A stretch of DNA of 64,000 nucleotides from a virus, in the IMG/VR virus record IMGVR_UViG_3300037234_000438, positions 1 to 64,000 of that record, one strand, 5' to 3'. The translations under genes were made by a program, and so were the position numbers. The notes below the pieces were generated by a model. The model saw only the letters and a program-made list of their open reading frames with translations. It ran no database searches and was not told the DNA's origin. Below are positions 37,196-47,233 of the stretch, piece by piece; the stretch's first letter is position 1, and every line of letters begins with the position of its first letter.

Positions 37196-40100
37196 TTATG
37201 CATATTCGTTAATTGCGTCCTTGGTCTCGCCACCATCCTTAATATCGCGAGTTACTACTCCTGTAATAGCCTCTGGGTTTTCATCAACCAAAGCCTTAAA
37301 GCTCTTTGCATCCACAGCGTTGATAATAATATTGTAATTGGAGGGACCTTGTCCCTCTCCAGCTCTCCAGCCTGTCCCATACTTGCTGGACTCGTACTCA
37401 AAATACTTGTAGCCGCTCGACCCACCACCGCCTCCTCCCCCTCCACCACCCCCTGCCGCCCCCATTCCTGGTTGCATTGCTTGGATGGCAGCTACTCTCG
37501 CCATGCCTGTCACTATTGCTGCCGCAGCCCATACCTTGCCGAGGATAGGTGAGCCTGTCCTTGTCCCCCACTCATCGGCATACTGGGCAGTTTTGAATGT
37601 TGATATGGTAGCCTCCGCTATAGAGGCTAGTTTATATAACTTGAAGAAAGACTTACTTTTGCCTTCACTTAGAGCATAAAAGGCTTGGGCCGCCCCGGCA
37701 AGGGCAGAGAAGGTGGCTTTCGCACCAGCCACCTTCATATAATTCGTCGCCTTCTCGTTGGCAAGATTCATTTCCAGCATAGCCCGTTCTTGGTCTGCGG
37801 CTTCCTGCATGCTTGTTATTTGCAAGTTTTGCATGGCCTCGTAATGCGCCTTCTTGGCATCATATTCAGCCTGATATGGATTCTGCTCCGCCTCTTGTGC
37901 GTATTGCTCGAACGCACTCATGCTAACGCCGAGACCGCGCTGAACGTCTTGATATTTCTGGATCTTCCTGGCTACTGCATTTTGATGCTCGGCCTGTTCC
38001 AGTGAATACTTGGCGGCCTCCATTTGTAGTCTTGCTCCTTCACGTTGATCCCACGATGCTGTTCGGTACTCTTCTACGGCATTGCGATAATTAACGGCAG
38101 CACTTGCTAGTGACGTCTCGTAAGTTTCTCGCTGGGCATTAATGCTCATAATGCTGGTATCTGCGGCCTGAGCTAGGGCGTTGGCCTGACTAATTAACAA
38201 CCCAAGCTTTGCCTTTTCTATGCCAGTAAGCTCTCTGCTCTTTGTAACTATCCTATCCAGCGCGGACAGTTGTTGATTGAGGGCATCTATTTCGTCTTGC
38301 TTCTGTTCTCTTTGCAGGTCACCTATGTACTTGCTTTCTTTTTCTGCTGTAAGTATTTTTAGCTTCTCTTTCAGTTTTAGCTTTTCAAGCTCAAGGGATT
38401 GTCTCTCGAATGCAGAGGCGCTCATCATTCCAGCATTTCTTTTGGTGGAGAGCGCTATTTCCTGCAACCCGATGAGACGGAGAGCTTTACCTGCCTTAAG
38501 TTTGTCTCGTGCTAGAGCCTGGGTCTCCCTAAGTTGTTCCTCTCTTTCCTCGCCAATCTTGGCTTGGAGCCCAAGGATTTCCCTTAAGGCTTCACCTTTA
38601 TCCTTTAGGGCCTTAATCGATCTCCGGGTTGCCTCTGAGAGCCTGTCAAATAGTTCCTTCTGACCTTTAGTTAGGGGGTTCGAGACGGCAAACGCTTTTG
38701 CGTATTCTTCTTGCAGCTTCTCGAGTTCCTTGGTAGTGGCGGCTATGCTTTCTCTGGTTTTATCGGTATTGCTTCTAGTGCTAATAGCGACATCTCTAAG
38801 AGGGTCGATCTCTCTTAATTTCTCAAGCTCAGCCCTTATGCTTATTAGCCTTTTCTCCGTCGATACGAGTCCTTTCTCGTGACTCTTCGTCTTATTGATA
38901 AGTTTATCCCAGTTGAGATCGAACTCATTCGTGACTCGTCTAAGATTTGTCCCAAGAATATCGTATTCTGCGGTAAGTTTTGCCAACGCTTGATGCGCTT
39001 CGGCGGCCTCTTTCCTACCAAGGCCCTTCTTGATTTGCGCTTCTGTGACCTCCATCTGCCGACGAAGCGCTCCTTGTGCTGTTGTGATTTTCGAAATCAC
39101 TTCGTCATGAAACATCCTAAGGCGTTCAAGTGGATTTCTTTGTTTTTCCTCTACCCATTTTTCGAGGAATTGGAAGCCTATCTCATCTGGAGATATCACG
39201 AGTAGCTTCCTTACGCGCTCCATGGTTTTCTTGAGACCTTCAGAAACGTTACGCTCCAATTGCTCATTTAAGTTTGCGAGTGTTTTGCGTGTATTTTCGG
39301 CTGATTTCGCTAAGGCTTCATTGGCTTCCGTGATCCCGGTAAAACCTTTTATCCATTGAGTGACAGATGATTCATTGAAGTCGTCGGTTAAGAACTTGCC
39401 GATCTTACTGAGAATGCCTCCGGTCTCGGTAACCGCTTTCCCCGCTTTCTCGGCTGAGCCAACCCAGTAGTCAAGAATTCCACTAATGCCGGTGAAGGTT
39501 GGGATCGATACTTGAGAGGCTATCTTCAGTTCATTTATTGACTCTGTGAGTTGATCTGTTTTCCTTGCTGCTGAACTTATTTCCATTGACGTGGCAGCTA
39601 TTGCGCTTGCGAATGGGAGAGAACCGCTTATTTTTGCCAGGCCTTCCCATGACTCCTTGAGACTTACAAAGCCCCTTTCGAGAAGCATCTCTTCTTGCCT
39701 AAATCTCTCAGCTTCCCTCCTTGCCCTTTCCTTGGAGACACTAAGCTCATCGTGAGCAAGTGCGAGCTCGTCGGCTTTCTCTTTTGATCTGGTAAATGCA
39801 GCGCCAAGAAGAGAGAGCCCCGCGACAAGAGCCCCGGTTACCAAAATCAAAGGATGCTTGCTAAGAACACTAATGGCTCCATTAAGCAGGACTGTAGCGC
39901 TGGTCACGCTCTTTATGGCGGTCCCAGTCTTAACGAGATGCGACGCTACGAGGGCTAATGTGGTAGTTGCGAATGCGGTCAGGCCAACCGCGAGGCCACC
40001 AAAGGCTTCGGAAGCCATACTCACAAGAGCCGTGATATCTCTAAATCGCCCCATGGCCCACCCGAGAGCATCGGCAAGCAACTTCAAGACGGGCACTGCC

Positions 40101-41917
40101 GCATCTCCTATTTGAATAATGCCTATTTCGAGTTGATTCTTCATGCGCTTCATGGCATTAATAGGCCCTTCCATTGCAACACCGAGAGCCTTTTGCAACA
40201 TTCCTTGCTTGCTGATACGTCTCTCCATTTTCTCAAACTCTGCCGACGTTGCGACAATTGAGGCTGCAAGGATTCGCCCGGCCCTGACTCCAAGAATATC
40301 CATCGACTTGGCCGCGCTAAAGCCTGCCTCCCTGAGCTTATCTATGATTTCTGACATCTTGTTCATTGTGGGATTGACTTCGTTGGCGCTCAAATTGACG
40401 CGCCTTAGCTCTGTCTTAAACTTTTCCGTTGGGGCAACGAGCTGTGTCATTAGTTGGGATAAGCCAGTACCGATTGTGCTGGCCCTGATGCCCATATTTG
40501 AGAGGACGGCGAGTGAGGCGGCAGTCTCCTTAAGGGATCTGCCCATGATTGAACTCGTAGATGCGAGGTAGTTGAATGCCGTACCGAGATCTTCTACCGT
40601 GAGTCTGGAGAAGTTGAGGGCGCCTGCGAGGATATTCCCTATTTCAGGAACCCTGCTTGCCTCGAGATTCCAAGCGAACATGGCTGTGGTGACCGACTTA
40701 GCAACAGTCTCCATGTTTTCCCCGGAAACTGTCGTTACGGCACCTACTGTTTTCATAGCTTCGGCTGCTGCCCTGGCACTCAATCCAGCCTGCACCAGCT
40801 TCAGCCCCATCTTTGCGGCTTGTGCGGCAGCAAGAGGAGTAGTAGTGGCTACCACTTTGGCGGCGTCACCTATCAGCCTGATCTCCTGCTCGGTCTTATC
40901 GGTGATGGCTTGTATGTCTTTGAGGGCCTGGTAGAACTGAAGGGTATTCCGTGTGGCGGCAGCTATGGCACCAGAAACAGCAAAGATGGTTGAGGCCGAA
41001 GCGAACCATCTCAGTTGAAAGCCAGCATATTTCTTAAAGTCCGCCATGAATCGCCGGGCAGTATTCATCGCCTTGCTATGTTCGGGGTGTATAAATGCCT
41101 GCATTCCGGCTGGTAGCTGCTGTTCAGCCGTAGGTTTAGCAAATTTTGCCTCTGCGGTTAATGGCGATAACGCAGATGTCGGAGACTCCCTTCTGTGAGC
41201 CCTAGCCAACCTCGTGGTCTTCTCTCTGGCCTCAGAAAGGCTCTTGACCATCTTTTTAAGCTCTGTGTTCGTGAGACCTAAAGTCTCAAGGTGCTTCAGC
41301 GCTTCATGCCGCAACGCTATTTGCGACTTCTTCGCGCCCTTGGTGTGTATTAGCCTTACCCGCTGTATTTTTGATATGATGTTGGCGGACTGTTCGAGAA
41401 GTTTATTTCTGTCCACCTCTATCTTGTTGCCCTTCTTCCTTGCCTTGTTGAGCTCCTCAGCCTTGGCACGCATAAGGCTGTCTTTTCTTTCAAGCTCACT
41501 CGTCATTTTAAGCTTCTTTTCGAGGGCTTCTAATTCAGACGCGCTAACATCCTTCTTCTTTGCCTCAACAGATACCTGCTTTTTCAGCATGGAGTTCATG
41601 TCGGCGATGATTTTCGTGCCCACGCGAGATTCTTTTCCAGACGCAGCCTTAAGCGAAGCGTTTAGTTTATCCCACTCCACTCTCCAGTCTTTAGCTGCCT
41701 TCTCGCCTTTTTTGCCAGTCTTAGTTGTCTCGTTGCCAAGCTTTTTCTGGGCGGCAATAATCTTATTGACCAAACTGTCAACATCTACAGAAGGACCAGC
41801 GCCTACCGCGCCAACCTTCCCAAATTCACGCTTCATGCCCTTCACTAAACCCTGAATTCGCTTCATGGCATGTCGGGTATCAGCTAAGATTTTTATTTCA
41901 AGTCTGGTGGTGGCCAC
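37196..41917 (-). CDS. tail tape measure protein (TP901-type)
   Basis: 1573 aa, helical, core motif LSNMGIRASTIGTGL; position after tail chaperones. Confidence 0.92.
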   Translation of the reverse strand: MATTRLEIKILADTRHAMKRIQGLVKGMKREFGKVGAVGAGPSVDVDSLVNKIIAAQKKLGNETTKTGKKGEKAAKDWRVEWDKLNASLKAASGKESRVGTKIIADMNSMLKKQVSVEAKKKDVSASELEALEKKLKMTSELERKDSLMRAKAEELNKARKKGNKIEVDRNKLLEQSANIISKIQRVRLIHTKGAKKSQIALRHEALKHLETLGLTNTELKKMVKSLSEAREKTTRLARAHRRESPTSALSPLTAEAKFAKPTAEQQLPAGMQAFIHPEHSKAMNTARRFMADFKKYAGFQLRWFASASTIFAVSGAIAAATRNTLQFYQALKDIQAITDKTEQEIRLIGDAAKVVATTTPLAAAQAAKMGLKLVQAGLSARAAAEAMKTVGAVTTVSGENMETVAKSVTTAMFAWNLEASRVPEIGNILAGALNFSRLTVEDLGTAFNYLASTSSIMGRSLKETAASLAVLSNMGIRASTIGTGLSQLMTQLVAPTEKFKTELRRVNLSANEVNPTMNKMSEIIDKLREAGFSAAKSMDILGVRAGRILAASIVATSAEFEKMERRISKQGMLQKALGVAMEGPINAMKRMKNQLEIGIIQIGDAAVPVLKLLADALGWAMGRFRDITALVSMASEAFGGLAVGLTAFATTTLALVASHLVKTGTAIKSVTSATVLLNGAISVLSKHPLILVTGALVAGLSLLGAAFTRSKEKADELALAHDELSVSKERARREAERFRQEEMLLERGFVSLKESWEGLAKISGSLPFASAIAATSMEISSAARKTDQLTESINELKIASQVSIPTFTGISGILDYWVGSAEKAGKAVTETGGILSKIGKFLTDDFNESSVTQWIKGFTGITEANEALAKSAENTRKTLANLNEQLERNVSEGLKKTMERVRKLLVISPDEIGFQFLEKWVEEKQRNPLERLRMFHDEVISKITTAQGALRRQMEVTEAQIKKGLGRKEAAEAHQALAKLTAEYDILGTNLRRVTNEFDLNWDKLINKTKSHEKGLVSTEKRLISIRAELEKLREIDPLRDVAISTRSNTDKTRESIAATTKELEKLQEEYAKAFAVSNPLTKGQKELFDRLSEATRRSIKALKDKGEALREILGLQAKIGEEREEQLRETQALARDKLKAGKALRLIGLQEIALSTKRNAGMMSASAFERQSLELEKLKLKEKLKILTAEKESKYIGDLQREQKQDEIDALNQQLSALDRIVTKSRELTGIEKAKLGLLISQANALAQAADTSIMSINAQRETYETSLASAAVNYRNAVEEYRTASWDQREGARLQMEAAKYSLEQAEHQNAVARKIQKYQDVQRGLGVSMSAFEQYAQEAEQNPYQAEYDAKKAHYEAMQNLQITSMQEAADQERAMLEMNLANEKATNYMKVAGAKATFSALAGAAQAFYALSEGKSKSFFKLYKLASIAEATISTFKTAQYADEWGTRTGSPILGKVWAAAAIVTGMARVAAIQAMQPGMGAAGGGGGGGGGGGSSGYKYFEYESSKYGTGWRAGEGQGPSNYNIIINAVDAKSFKALVDENPEAITGVVTRDIKDGGETKDAINEYA

Positions 41918-41920
41918 TGG

Positions 41921-42286
41921 CTATTCCTTCTCCTCTTTTAAGCCTTGCAATCTGCTCTTCTCTTCCATCACTACTTGTCTTACTGTGAAATAATAATTCG
42001 CCTCACCTAAAAGCTGCGACGGAAGCCTGCTGGAGCTATCGCCGCTCCCTTCGGCCAGCTCTATAAAATTTATGACAGCGAGTGCGTCTCTATCTAGTGT
42101 CGATATTGGGCATTCCAGGAAGAGCTCATTGAATACCTTGATTGGCCGTGCTGGCGCCTTGTATTTCCCTTCGCAATTACGAAGTTCTACTAACTTTTTT
42201 TCTCGGCAGGTTCTACAGTTCCACCCTGCTTTGGTTTCTTTTTCTCGGAGCCACTCGATGACGGTGACTCCTTCTCGGAGTTTTTT
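41921..42286 (-). CDS. -1 frameshift extension of the tail assembly chaperone (gpGT-like)
   Basis: slippery A AAA AAC at 42286-42280; -1 frame open for ~120 codons (KLREGVTVIEW...CRTC...LKEEKE*) ending 3 nt before the tape measure start. Confidence 0.75.
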   Translation of the reverse strand, partial: KKLREGVTVIEWLREKETKAGWNCRTCREKKLVELRNCEGKYKAPARPIKVFNELFLECPISTLDRDALAVINFIELAEGSGDSSSRLPSQLLGEANYYFTVRQVVMEEKSRLQGLKEEKE

Positions 42287-42714
42287 TCCGATTCTCCCGT
42301 GAGATGGCCAGACACCTCGCTCGCAAGTTCTTCTATGTATTCCTCTGGCAGGAATACAATGTTTTCTTTGCTGAATTTGAATTCCCCATCATCATCTTCG
42401 ACATCCTCCCACCCAAGGACACCTTTCTGGCACATCTTGATGGACACCACGAGATTGCCATGGTTCATCTTCATGATCTCTTCGGTGCTCCTGGAGAGCA
42501 GAGCTTCTCTTACTGCGTCTTCTGCTGCCTTACCCTCCTTGCCTGCCGCCTTCTCCAGTACATCCACTGGAAGACCGGATTCGCCTTCGGCCATGATGCC
42601 AAGCCATTCTTCTTTTGTTAGGGATTGGACTGTGAATACCGGAGCGCCTTTTTTGCCTCTTAGGTTCTTGGGCGTGAATGGGCGTGGCTTTGTAGAACAT
42701 TTGATGATCTTCAT
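42190..42714 (-). CDS. tail assembly chaperone (gpG-like)
   Basis: between tail tube and tape measure; ATG 42714 after AGGAG. Confidence 0.75.
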   Translation of the reverse strand: MKIIKCSTKPRPFTPKNLRGKKGAPVFTVQSLTKEEWLGIMAEGESGLPVDVLEKAAGKEGKAAEDAVREALLSRSTEEIMKMNHGNLVVSIKMCQKGVLGWEDVEDDDGEFKFSKENIVFLPEEYIEELASEVSGHLTGESEKNSEKESPSSSGSEKKKPKQGGTVEPAEKKS

Positions 42715-42821
42715 TTTGATCTCCTGGTTGAATTGCTCGGGCCTTCCAATTAAGGCTGGAGGACCAGGAAGCCCCCGCCCGAGCATGATTTGCCTGGTTT
42801 ACGCATGCTGAAATGATTCTC

Positions 42822-43997
42822 TTAAAAGAATGATACTCGAATCGTATTCGCGTCTACGTTGCTTGGCGATTGACAATCGAAGCTCATATCATATTTGTAT
42901 ATTCCGCTATCAACAGTCTTTGGGGCAGCCGTGTAGCGGATCTCCGGTAGCTCGAAAGCAACGGCATTTCCAACTACACTTCTTGCCGCTGCAATTCTCA
43001 AAACTGCCGTTGTGTCTGCTCTAAATGCTGTCTCTGGTGCGAGATCTTCCATCTCCAAGGAGAAGGAGCCCGATATCATCCCGCCAGTTCTTAAAATGTC
43101 CGTGATGCCATCTGTTGTGATGGCAAGAGATTTGTAATGCTCATTGGTAATCTCGAGAGAGGCGTTGGATACAGCATAAACCGAACCACCAATCTCAAAT
43201 TCCATCAGAACTGCAACGAGAGGATCTTGAGCGTCAAACGTGGCTGCGCCTCCAAGTCCCGTAGCCGATGTTTCAGCGACTCCCGCCTCTGTTTTTTGGC
43301 CATTGTAGTTAAACGTAGGCTTGATGATTTCACCAGTCGTGAAATCTATTGTCAGTGAAGATACCTTACAGCCAGGCACCTCGAAAAGGAATGTATCTCC
43401 CTGCCAAAACTTCGTATAGAAACTGACTTGCTCTGTGAGATGGGGATTGTATCTGGTGCATGCTCTGTGTACTGGCACGCCGGTTCCGGGGGCAATTGCG
43501 AGAGCCGGAGATACTGTCAATTGGTCGGTGGCGATAGCCGTAACCCACGTCACACTGAAACCATTCGTGGCATCTTGGACGAACACAACATCACCAACCA
43601 CAATGCTGTCGGCTGCTACGTCTCCGGTGTCAAGTTCCAGCGCCGTTGTAGTTGAGCCGCCAACGGTCTCCGCAGCATTACCTGTCAATGCTGAAGTTGC
43701 ACCGATTGCCGATTCCCACAAAACGGCACTCTCGGGAGCGCCAGCCGCAGACCCCGATCCCGCAAGTTCCAATTGAACCGAGCCTGAAACATCCGTTTCT
43801 GCGCCCCTTATCTTCGGCTTTGCAAAGAATGAGTTGGCGATAACATTCCTTTCCTGCATGTCGGGATTGTACGACGGGACATCCAGGCCCTCTTCTGCGG
43901 CAATCCCATCGGCTGGCACCCATGAGCCCGGATCTACTCCAAAAGTAGACTCCTTCTTGGCTCCAAATACGCTTTTACGTTCCAGTATGTTAGCCAT
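42822..43997 (-). CDS. major tail tube protein
   Basis: KKESTFGVDP N-terminus; GCKVSSLTIDFTTGE; ISGSFSL; gene position. Confidence 0.85.
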   Translation of the reverse strand: MANILERKSVFGAKKESTFGVDPGSWVPADGIAAEEGLDVPSYNPDMQERNVIANSFFAKPKIRGAETDVSGSVQLELAGSGSAAGAPESAVLWESAIGATSALTGNAAETVGGSTTTALELDTGDVAADSIVVGDVVFVQDATNGFSVTWVTAIATDQLTVSPALAIAPGTGVPVHRACTRYNPHLTEQVSFYTKFWQGDTFLFEVPGCKVSSLTIDFTTGEIIKPTFNYNGQKTEAGVAETSATGLGGAATFDAQDPLVAVLMEFEIGGSVYAVSNASLEITNEHYKSLAITTDGITDILRTGGMISGSFSLEMEDLAPETAFRADTTAVLRIAAARSVVGNAVAFELPEIRYTAAPKTVDSGIYKYDMSFDCQSPSNVDANTIRVSFF

Positions 43998-44000
43998 TAC

Positions 44001-44273
44001 TTAAACCTCCTTGCGGTCTGTCTGTTTGAATTTTGGATCGGCCTTCTTAGCCGCTGTTTTTACTTTTGATTTTGTTAATATTGTCTCGGCGCAAGATTCC
44101 AGTCTCTCACTGTAATTCTTCCCAGCTACCGTAGCGACAAAGTCTTTCAATGTTTCCCTGACAACTTCTGCGTTCCGTTCTCCAGGCAGCTTGAGGCAAA
44201 TCCCCCTCACGGCGCCATTCAGGTCACCTACCCTGCGATAGGATTCTAGTGCATTTTTTACAAATTCCTTCAT
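44001..44273 (-). CDS. hypothetical protein
   Basis: 90-aa ORF in late operon, GGAGG RBS. Confidence 0.55.
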   Translation of the reverse strand: MKEFVKNALESYRRVGDLNGAVRGICLKLPGERNAEVVRETLKDFVATVAGKNYSERLESCAETILTKSKVKTAAKKADPKFKQTDRKEV

Positions 44274-44288
44274 TGATGCCTCCGTGAG

Positions 44289-44990
44289 TTAGTTGTCGCC
44301 TATCGGCTCTTTCCGCTTAACGGCGAGTGGTATCGTGAGATAATAGCCACCCTCGGTCTGTGGGTTAAAGTAAAACCTTGTATCTTGAAGCTCGAGATCG
44401 GTTATGGTCTCTCCGACGGGAAGGCTTCCTAGTAGTTCGAGGTTTCTCTCGAGCGCCCGCCTAACTATCTTGGAGTACTGTGTCTTTCTTGTTTCTGAGT
44501 CTTCTTCGTCGTTATCAAAATAAAGGATCGATATTATGAATGGATAGACGGCAAACTGCTGCTGACTGCCTATCTGTGTTCTGCTCCAGTTCTCAAGCAT
44601 CTGATAGAGAAATATCCCCCTTGAATCCTCGACGTAATTAAAATTCCTCGGCATGCCCTTGCGAACATACAGATGCTCCCCTGTAACAGCTCCCGTGTCT
44701 GCCTCTCCAAAATTACTTGCCAGAGTAAGAGATGTGTCTGATTCTACCGATGCAACTTTGTACCACTCTGTAGACCCCTGCGCTCTAATGGCGCCTCCTT
44801 TCACAATTGCCGCACCTCTGGAGTCGCGCCCCATCAGGTCCGACAGGAACGCTGTCCCTGCGCCCGTAACGGTGGCTGACCCATCTAAGAAGGAGAGATT
44901 CCCAGTTAGAGTGTTTCCGAACTCCGTAAAAATATCTGCGTCATTGCGTATCTGCTTTATGATCGCGTCTTGAACGACTTCTGCGCTCAT
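44289..44990 (-). CDS. putative tail completion/terminator protein
   Basis: synteny (upstream of tail tube); has an inserted beta module. Confidence 0.5.
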   Translation of the reverse strand: MSAEVVQDAIIKQIRNDADIFTEFGNTLTGNLSFLDGSATVTGAGTAFLSDLMGRDSRGAAIVKGGAIRAQGSTEWYKVASVESDTSLTLASNFGEADTGAVTGEHLYVRKGMPRNFNYVEDSRGIFLYQMLENWSRTQIGSQQQFAVYPFIISILYFDNDEEDSETRKTQYSKIVRRALERNLELLGSLPVGETITDLELQDTRFYFNPQTEGGYYLTIPLAVKRKEPIGDN

Positions 44991-45826
44991 TATTTTTGAC
45001 TCCTAAGAAAGGCTTCGATTTCCTTTCTGTGTCTTTCTATCGCCGCATTAGATGCGCCCTGAGCTCTCAGTGGGGCCAAGTGGTTTTCTATATTCACTTC
45101 GATATCACTCATTATTACCTCGGCCTCCATCGCCTCAGCCTCGGCGATAGGTATATTATCTACGCCTTCACCAGCCACTACCTCTCCGCCTTCCGGCTTG
45201 ACAACCCCTTTGCCTTCGATAGCTGCCGTTAAAACCTTGTCGATGTCTTCCAGAATTAGACCTACATCTTCATCATCGAGGTGCATAAATTTAATCTCGC
45301 GACCTTTGCTTCCGGTAAAAAAGTCTCTCTGTCCGTAAAACTTAGTCTCCATTGGTTCTGGGTCTATGTATATTTTGCTGTACCCATGACCCTTAATGTA
45401 TATTCCGTATAGTTCAACTTCTGCTCCTTCACCCCATTGAACACAGGAATTTAAGACCTGAGTGCCATCAGCCCTTTCTGCATATGTGGGTGGTGGTGGC
45501 GATTCGTTTCCTTTGGGCCACATCCCCTCAAGAAATACTCTCCCTTCTTTTTTATCGCTTTCTGCACTTATGGAGTCTATTGTGCTTCCGGTAAATATCC
45601 CAGGAGGCCTAGACGTTCCGAATGCTCCCTGCTTCCATTGCTGCCAGATACTCGCTTTGTTTACTTGAGCCGCAAATCGTGCGAGGTATTTCCCTTTTAC
45701 CTGCCTATACGCCCTATTGGCGCCAACCTTATTGAGGCCAACAGGATTCATAGCCTCCATCATCCTGCCTACGGTGGCGTCCACTTCGCTAAAATCAGCC
45801 TGTATTCTGAAGCTAACTGTGCTCAT
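44990..45826 (-). CDS. putative neck/tail completion protein
   Basis: synteny; GIFTGSTIDSI motif. Confidence 0.45.
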   Translation of the reverse strand: MSTVSFRIQADFSEVDATVGRMMEAMNPVGLNKVGANRAYRQVKGKYLARFAAQVNKASIWQQWKQGAFGTSRPPGIFTGSTIDSISAESDKKEGRVFLEGMWPKGNESPPPPTYAERADGTQVLNSCVQWGEGAEVELYGIYIKGHGYSKIYIDPEPMETKFYGQRDFFTGSKGREIKFMHLDDEDVGLILEDIDKVLTAAIEGKGVVKPEGGEVVAGEGVDNIPIAEAEAMEAEVIMSDIEVNIENHLAPLRAQGASNAAIERHRKEIEAFLRSQK

Positions 45827-46392
45827 TAGCCCTCAAGTTTGACCTGAAGCTCGATTAGCCCTTCAGCGTAAAAAGGGTTAATGCTCCCAGCGATTTTTAG
45901 ATTACGGTTGCCGTCATCCACTATGACTGTCTTGCTGGTGATACCACTTGGCTGACAGTAAAGATAATACGTCTGATCCTTACCTCCAAACCCGGGAGTC
46001 ACTACCCCTCTGTCGGACATCTGGGTAAGACTTCCATCGATTATCAGGCAAGGAATGTCTGTCGTCCCAGCGACAAACTTCTTTGATGTGTTATCCAGGC
46101 TCTTCAAGCTGATCGTGTGGTTACACCTCAAGAGGCGTGCATTTATTTTTAAGAACTCATCAACTCTTTCATCTGGAGATAAGCCAGCCACAAGAAAATT
46201 AGTTGCCTGGGTTGCGATAGAAGCGAGAACGAGATCTCCCGCGACTACCCCGCTATCGGTTTTAAACCATGCCACATATTCGTAGGTCGCCGCCTTAAGC
46301 TTTGGGTTAATATAAGCGTAGGTGCTGACGTTGGTGTCCCTTACAAGAGTTACCGCTTGCCCAATCTCTTCAATCGTTGAGTTGACACTCAT
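45826..46392 (-). CDS. putative head closure protein
   Basis: synteny. Confidence 0.45.
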   Translation of the reverse strand: MSVNSTIEEIGQAVTLVRDTNVSTYAYINPKLKAATYEYVAWFKTDSGVVAGDLVLASIATQATNFLVAGLSPDERVDEFLKINARLLRCNHTISLKSLDNTSKKFVAGTTDIPCLIIDGSLTQMSDRGVVTPGFGGKDQTYYLYCQPSGITSKTVIVDDGNRNLKIAGSINPFYAEGLIELQVKLEG

Positions 46393-46841
46393 TAGTCCTC
46401 CCTGTAGTCTTCGCCCACGGAATCGTCCACCAACCCACTTCCATAGACAACTACTCCGAACACATCATCTGCACTCACAAAAATATGAGCTGTAGTGTTC
46501 GCCTCTCTGGCAGTGGCAAAACTCGCCTCGGCTTTATCGATCATCTCCTTAAGGCTCCTGGCTACCTGCCCTCTCTTTAAGCCTTCAACGTCAAATTTTA
46601 ATACGTTTCTGCGGTACTGGTCGTGAAGGAAATAAAGTCCCATCATCTCAATCAACCAATACTGCTTGACCACATAGTCGACATCGGCTACTGATGTGGG
46701 ATTCTCATATCCACACCGCCTCGTAGCGTAATTATACGCCTTGTCACCGTCAGGGTCACGCACGTAGGTAGGGTCGTAGATCTGTCCATTATCCAGGCCT
46801 ATCGCCTTAAGTTCATCTTTGTCGAGATAAGCGATTGCCAT
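46392..46841 (-). CDS. putative head-tail adaptor
   Basis: synteny; AYLDKDELK N-terminus. Confidence 0.5.
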   Translation of the reverse strand: MAIAYLDKDELKAIGLDNGQIYDPTYVRDPDGDKAYNYATRRCGYENPTSVADVDYVVKQYWLIEMMGLYFLHDQYRRNVLKFDVEGLKRGQVARSLKEMIDKAEASFATAREANTTAHIFVSADDVFGVVVYGSGLVDDSVGEDYRED

Positions 46842-47162
46842 TTACTCTGCTGGCTCCTCAAGACTGGACTGCGCCGCTTCCAATAGTTCAGTTAAATCAA
46901 TCTTGCTGGCGTTGCCTTTGTATTCAATTATACAACCTGGGTTCGCTGCGTTGAACTCCGCAATCAGAGCAACAAGAGCGTCCTTACCAAGGCCTTTCAG
47001 CCCATCATCTTCCTTGACGCACACGACCTCACAGATAAGGGCGCCATTTCTCTTGTCTTTATTGTCCGCCCACGCCTTAAAACTATCGTAATGCTTATCT
47101 CCTTCCTCGAGTATCGTTCTCGGTGGAATATTCAGCATTCTCATATTTACTTTTATCGCCAT
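46842..47162 (-). CDS. hypothetical protein after capsid gene
   Basis: 106-aa ORF with HeH-like C-terminus (NASKIDLTELL). Confidence 0.55.
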   Translation of the reverse strand: MAIKVNMRMLNIPPRTILEEGDKHYDSFKAWADNKDKRNGALICEVVCVKEDDGLKGLGKDALVALIAEFNAANPGCIIEYKGNASKIDLTELLEAAQSSLEEPAE

Positions 47163-47179
47163 TGCAATCTCCCTGGTTT

Positions 47180-47212
47180 AAAAAAAGGGTGAAGCTAGAT
47201 GCCTCACCCTTT
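47180..47212 (-). terminator. terminator after major capsid gene
   Basis: AAAGGGTGA...TCACCCTTT stem with an A-run on + (U-tract on -). Confidence 0.6.
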
Positions 47213-47233
47213 CGAGATTTAAACCTGTTTAAA

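Noticed and set aside
37421-37461. C-rich low-complexity tract (G-rich on - strand)
   Set aside because: It encodes the poly-Gly linker near the tape measure C-terminus and is not a separate element.
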